64,000 nucleotides of DNA from Eledone cirrhosa (lineage: Eukaryota): contig OZ024740.1 in NCBI GenBank assembly GCA_964016885.1, positions 405,108,001 through 405,172,000 of the forward strand, read 5' to 3'. This document shows positions 63,279-64,000 of this stretch, piece by piece. The notes under the pieces are model-generated. The model was not told the origin of the DNA and did not search any database. It saw only the letters and a list, made by a program, of their open reading frames with translations. Numbering within the stretch: position 1 is the first letter of the stretch; each line of letters begins with the position of its first letter. The translations under genes were made by a program, and so were the position numbers.

Positions 63279-63281
<3 letters not shown>
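62942..63281 (+). mobile_element. Full-length tRNA/CORE SINE with RTE tail (second copy)
   Basis: Closely similar to 31603-31940, ends in (TGAA)n and is flanked by TA runs. Confidence 0.92.
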
Positions 63282-63312
<31 letters not shown>

Positions 63313-64000
63313 TTTTGCGAGGTTTTTTATATGAAATCGTGTGTCGAAAACACTGATCAGGTAAGAAAAATGGTCGCACATGCAATAGGGGCTAGTATCA
63401 AAACTACCCTAAAGGGCCACATATTTAAGTTCAATGAGAAAATCTACACCCAAAATGAGGGAGCAGCCATCGGCGTCAGCATAGCTGGCGATGTTGCCAA
63501 CCTTTTCATGGTATGGTGGGAAAGGAGACTTAAAGATCTCCTTAATGAAAGCTCCATAGACCTCATCATGTACTCTCGTTATGTAGACGATATCAATATA
63601 GTTATAAGAACACCCCCACTAGAGAGCACTAACAAGTTTGATTTAGAACGTAGCACGATGGAAAGCATCCAGCAGATAGCTAATTCCATACACCAGAGTA
63701 TAACTGTAACTATAGACTTCCCTTCCAAACACCCTAACAATAGACTACCTGTATTAGACACAGAACTCTGGATCAACACTATAGACGAGAGAGCCCAAAT
63801 TCTCCACTCACACTATGCTAAACCCATGGCCTCCAAATACCTGATACTCAAAAACTCAGCAATGTCCAGTAGTGCTAAGTTTAATATTCTGATCGCAGAT
63901 TTGGTACGAGTGATGAAGAATGTGTCCAGCATGTGCGACCCAACAGAAATGGAAGGACACATCCAACACTTCATCAACCGCATGCAGTTCTCTGGCTACA
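63313..64000 (+). CDS. Penelope-like element reverse transcriptase, 5'-truncated, open to the window end (229 codons, no stop)
   Basis: HIFKFNEKIYTQNEGAAIGVSIAGDVANLFMVWWE...YSRYVDDINI (YVDD at 63580-91)...DFPSKHPNNRLPVLDTELW...HYAKPMASK...KNSAMS...RMQFSGY. It is absent from the ORF track because it has no stop codon in the window. Confidence 0.92.

Noticed and set aside
63579-63779. 66-aa minus-strand ORF
   Set aside because: It is the antisense shadow of the + strand Penelope-like RT.

Overview
AT-rich, repeat-dominated eukaryotic (metazoan) DNA. The SINE, RTE and MITE families look like those of octopod cephalopods; this is recalled, not checked by search. Bases 1-25.5 kb are one tandem satellite of roughly 300 monomers (mainly 83 bp and 87 bp, with 80/82/91-bp variants) with nested multi-monomer duplications. 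The monomer is a piece of a tRNA-derived CORE-type SINE (B-box region plus CORE). Intact copies of that SINE head lie at 31603 and 62942, and the last monomer runs directly into a SINE 3' tail, so the progenitor appears to be preserved at the array edge. The remaining 38.5 kb is intron-like. It holds decayed RTE, CR1, CRE and Penelope-like retroelements, several SINE types, a rearranged DD34D mariner, a probable non-autonomous Helitron, TTAA piggyBac-type MITEs, two long palindromes, long CT-rich microsatellites and two hammerhead-ribozyme-like motifs. The only host-gene signal is a 25-bp micro-exon (54974-54998, +) encoding (F)TKKELKQ(W), which matches the short second coding exon of NCS-1/frequenin genes. 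An uninterrupted Penelope-like RT ORF, absent from the ORF track, runs off the right end. Most ORFs in the supplied track are repeat artefacts.
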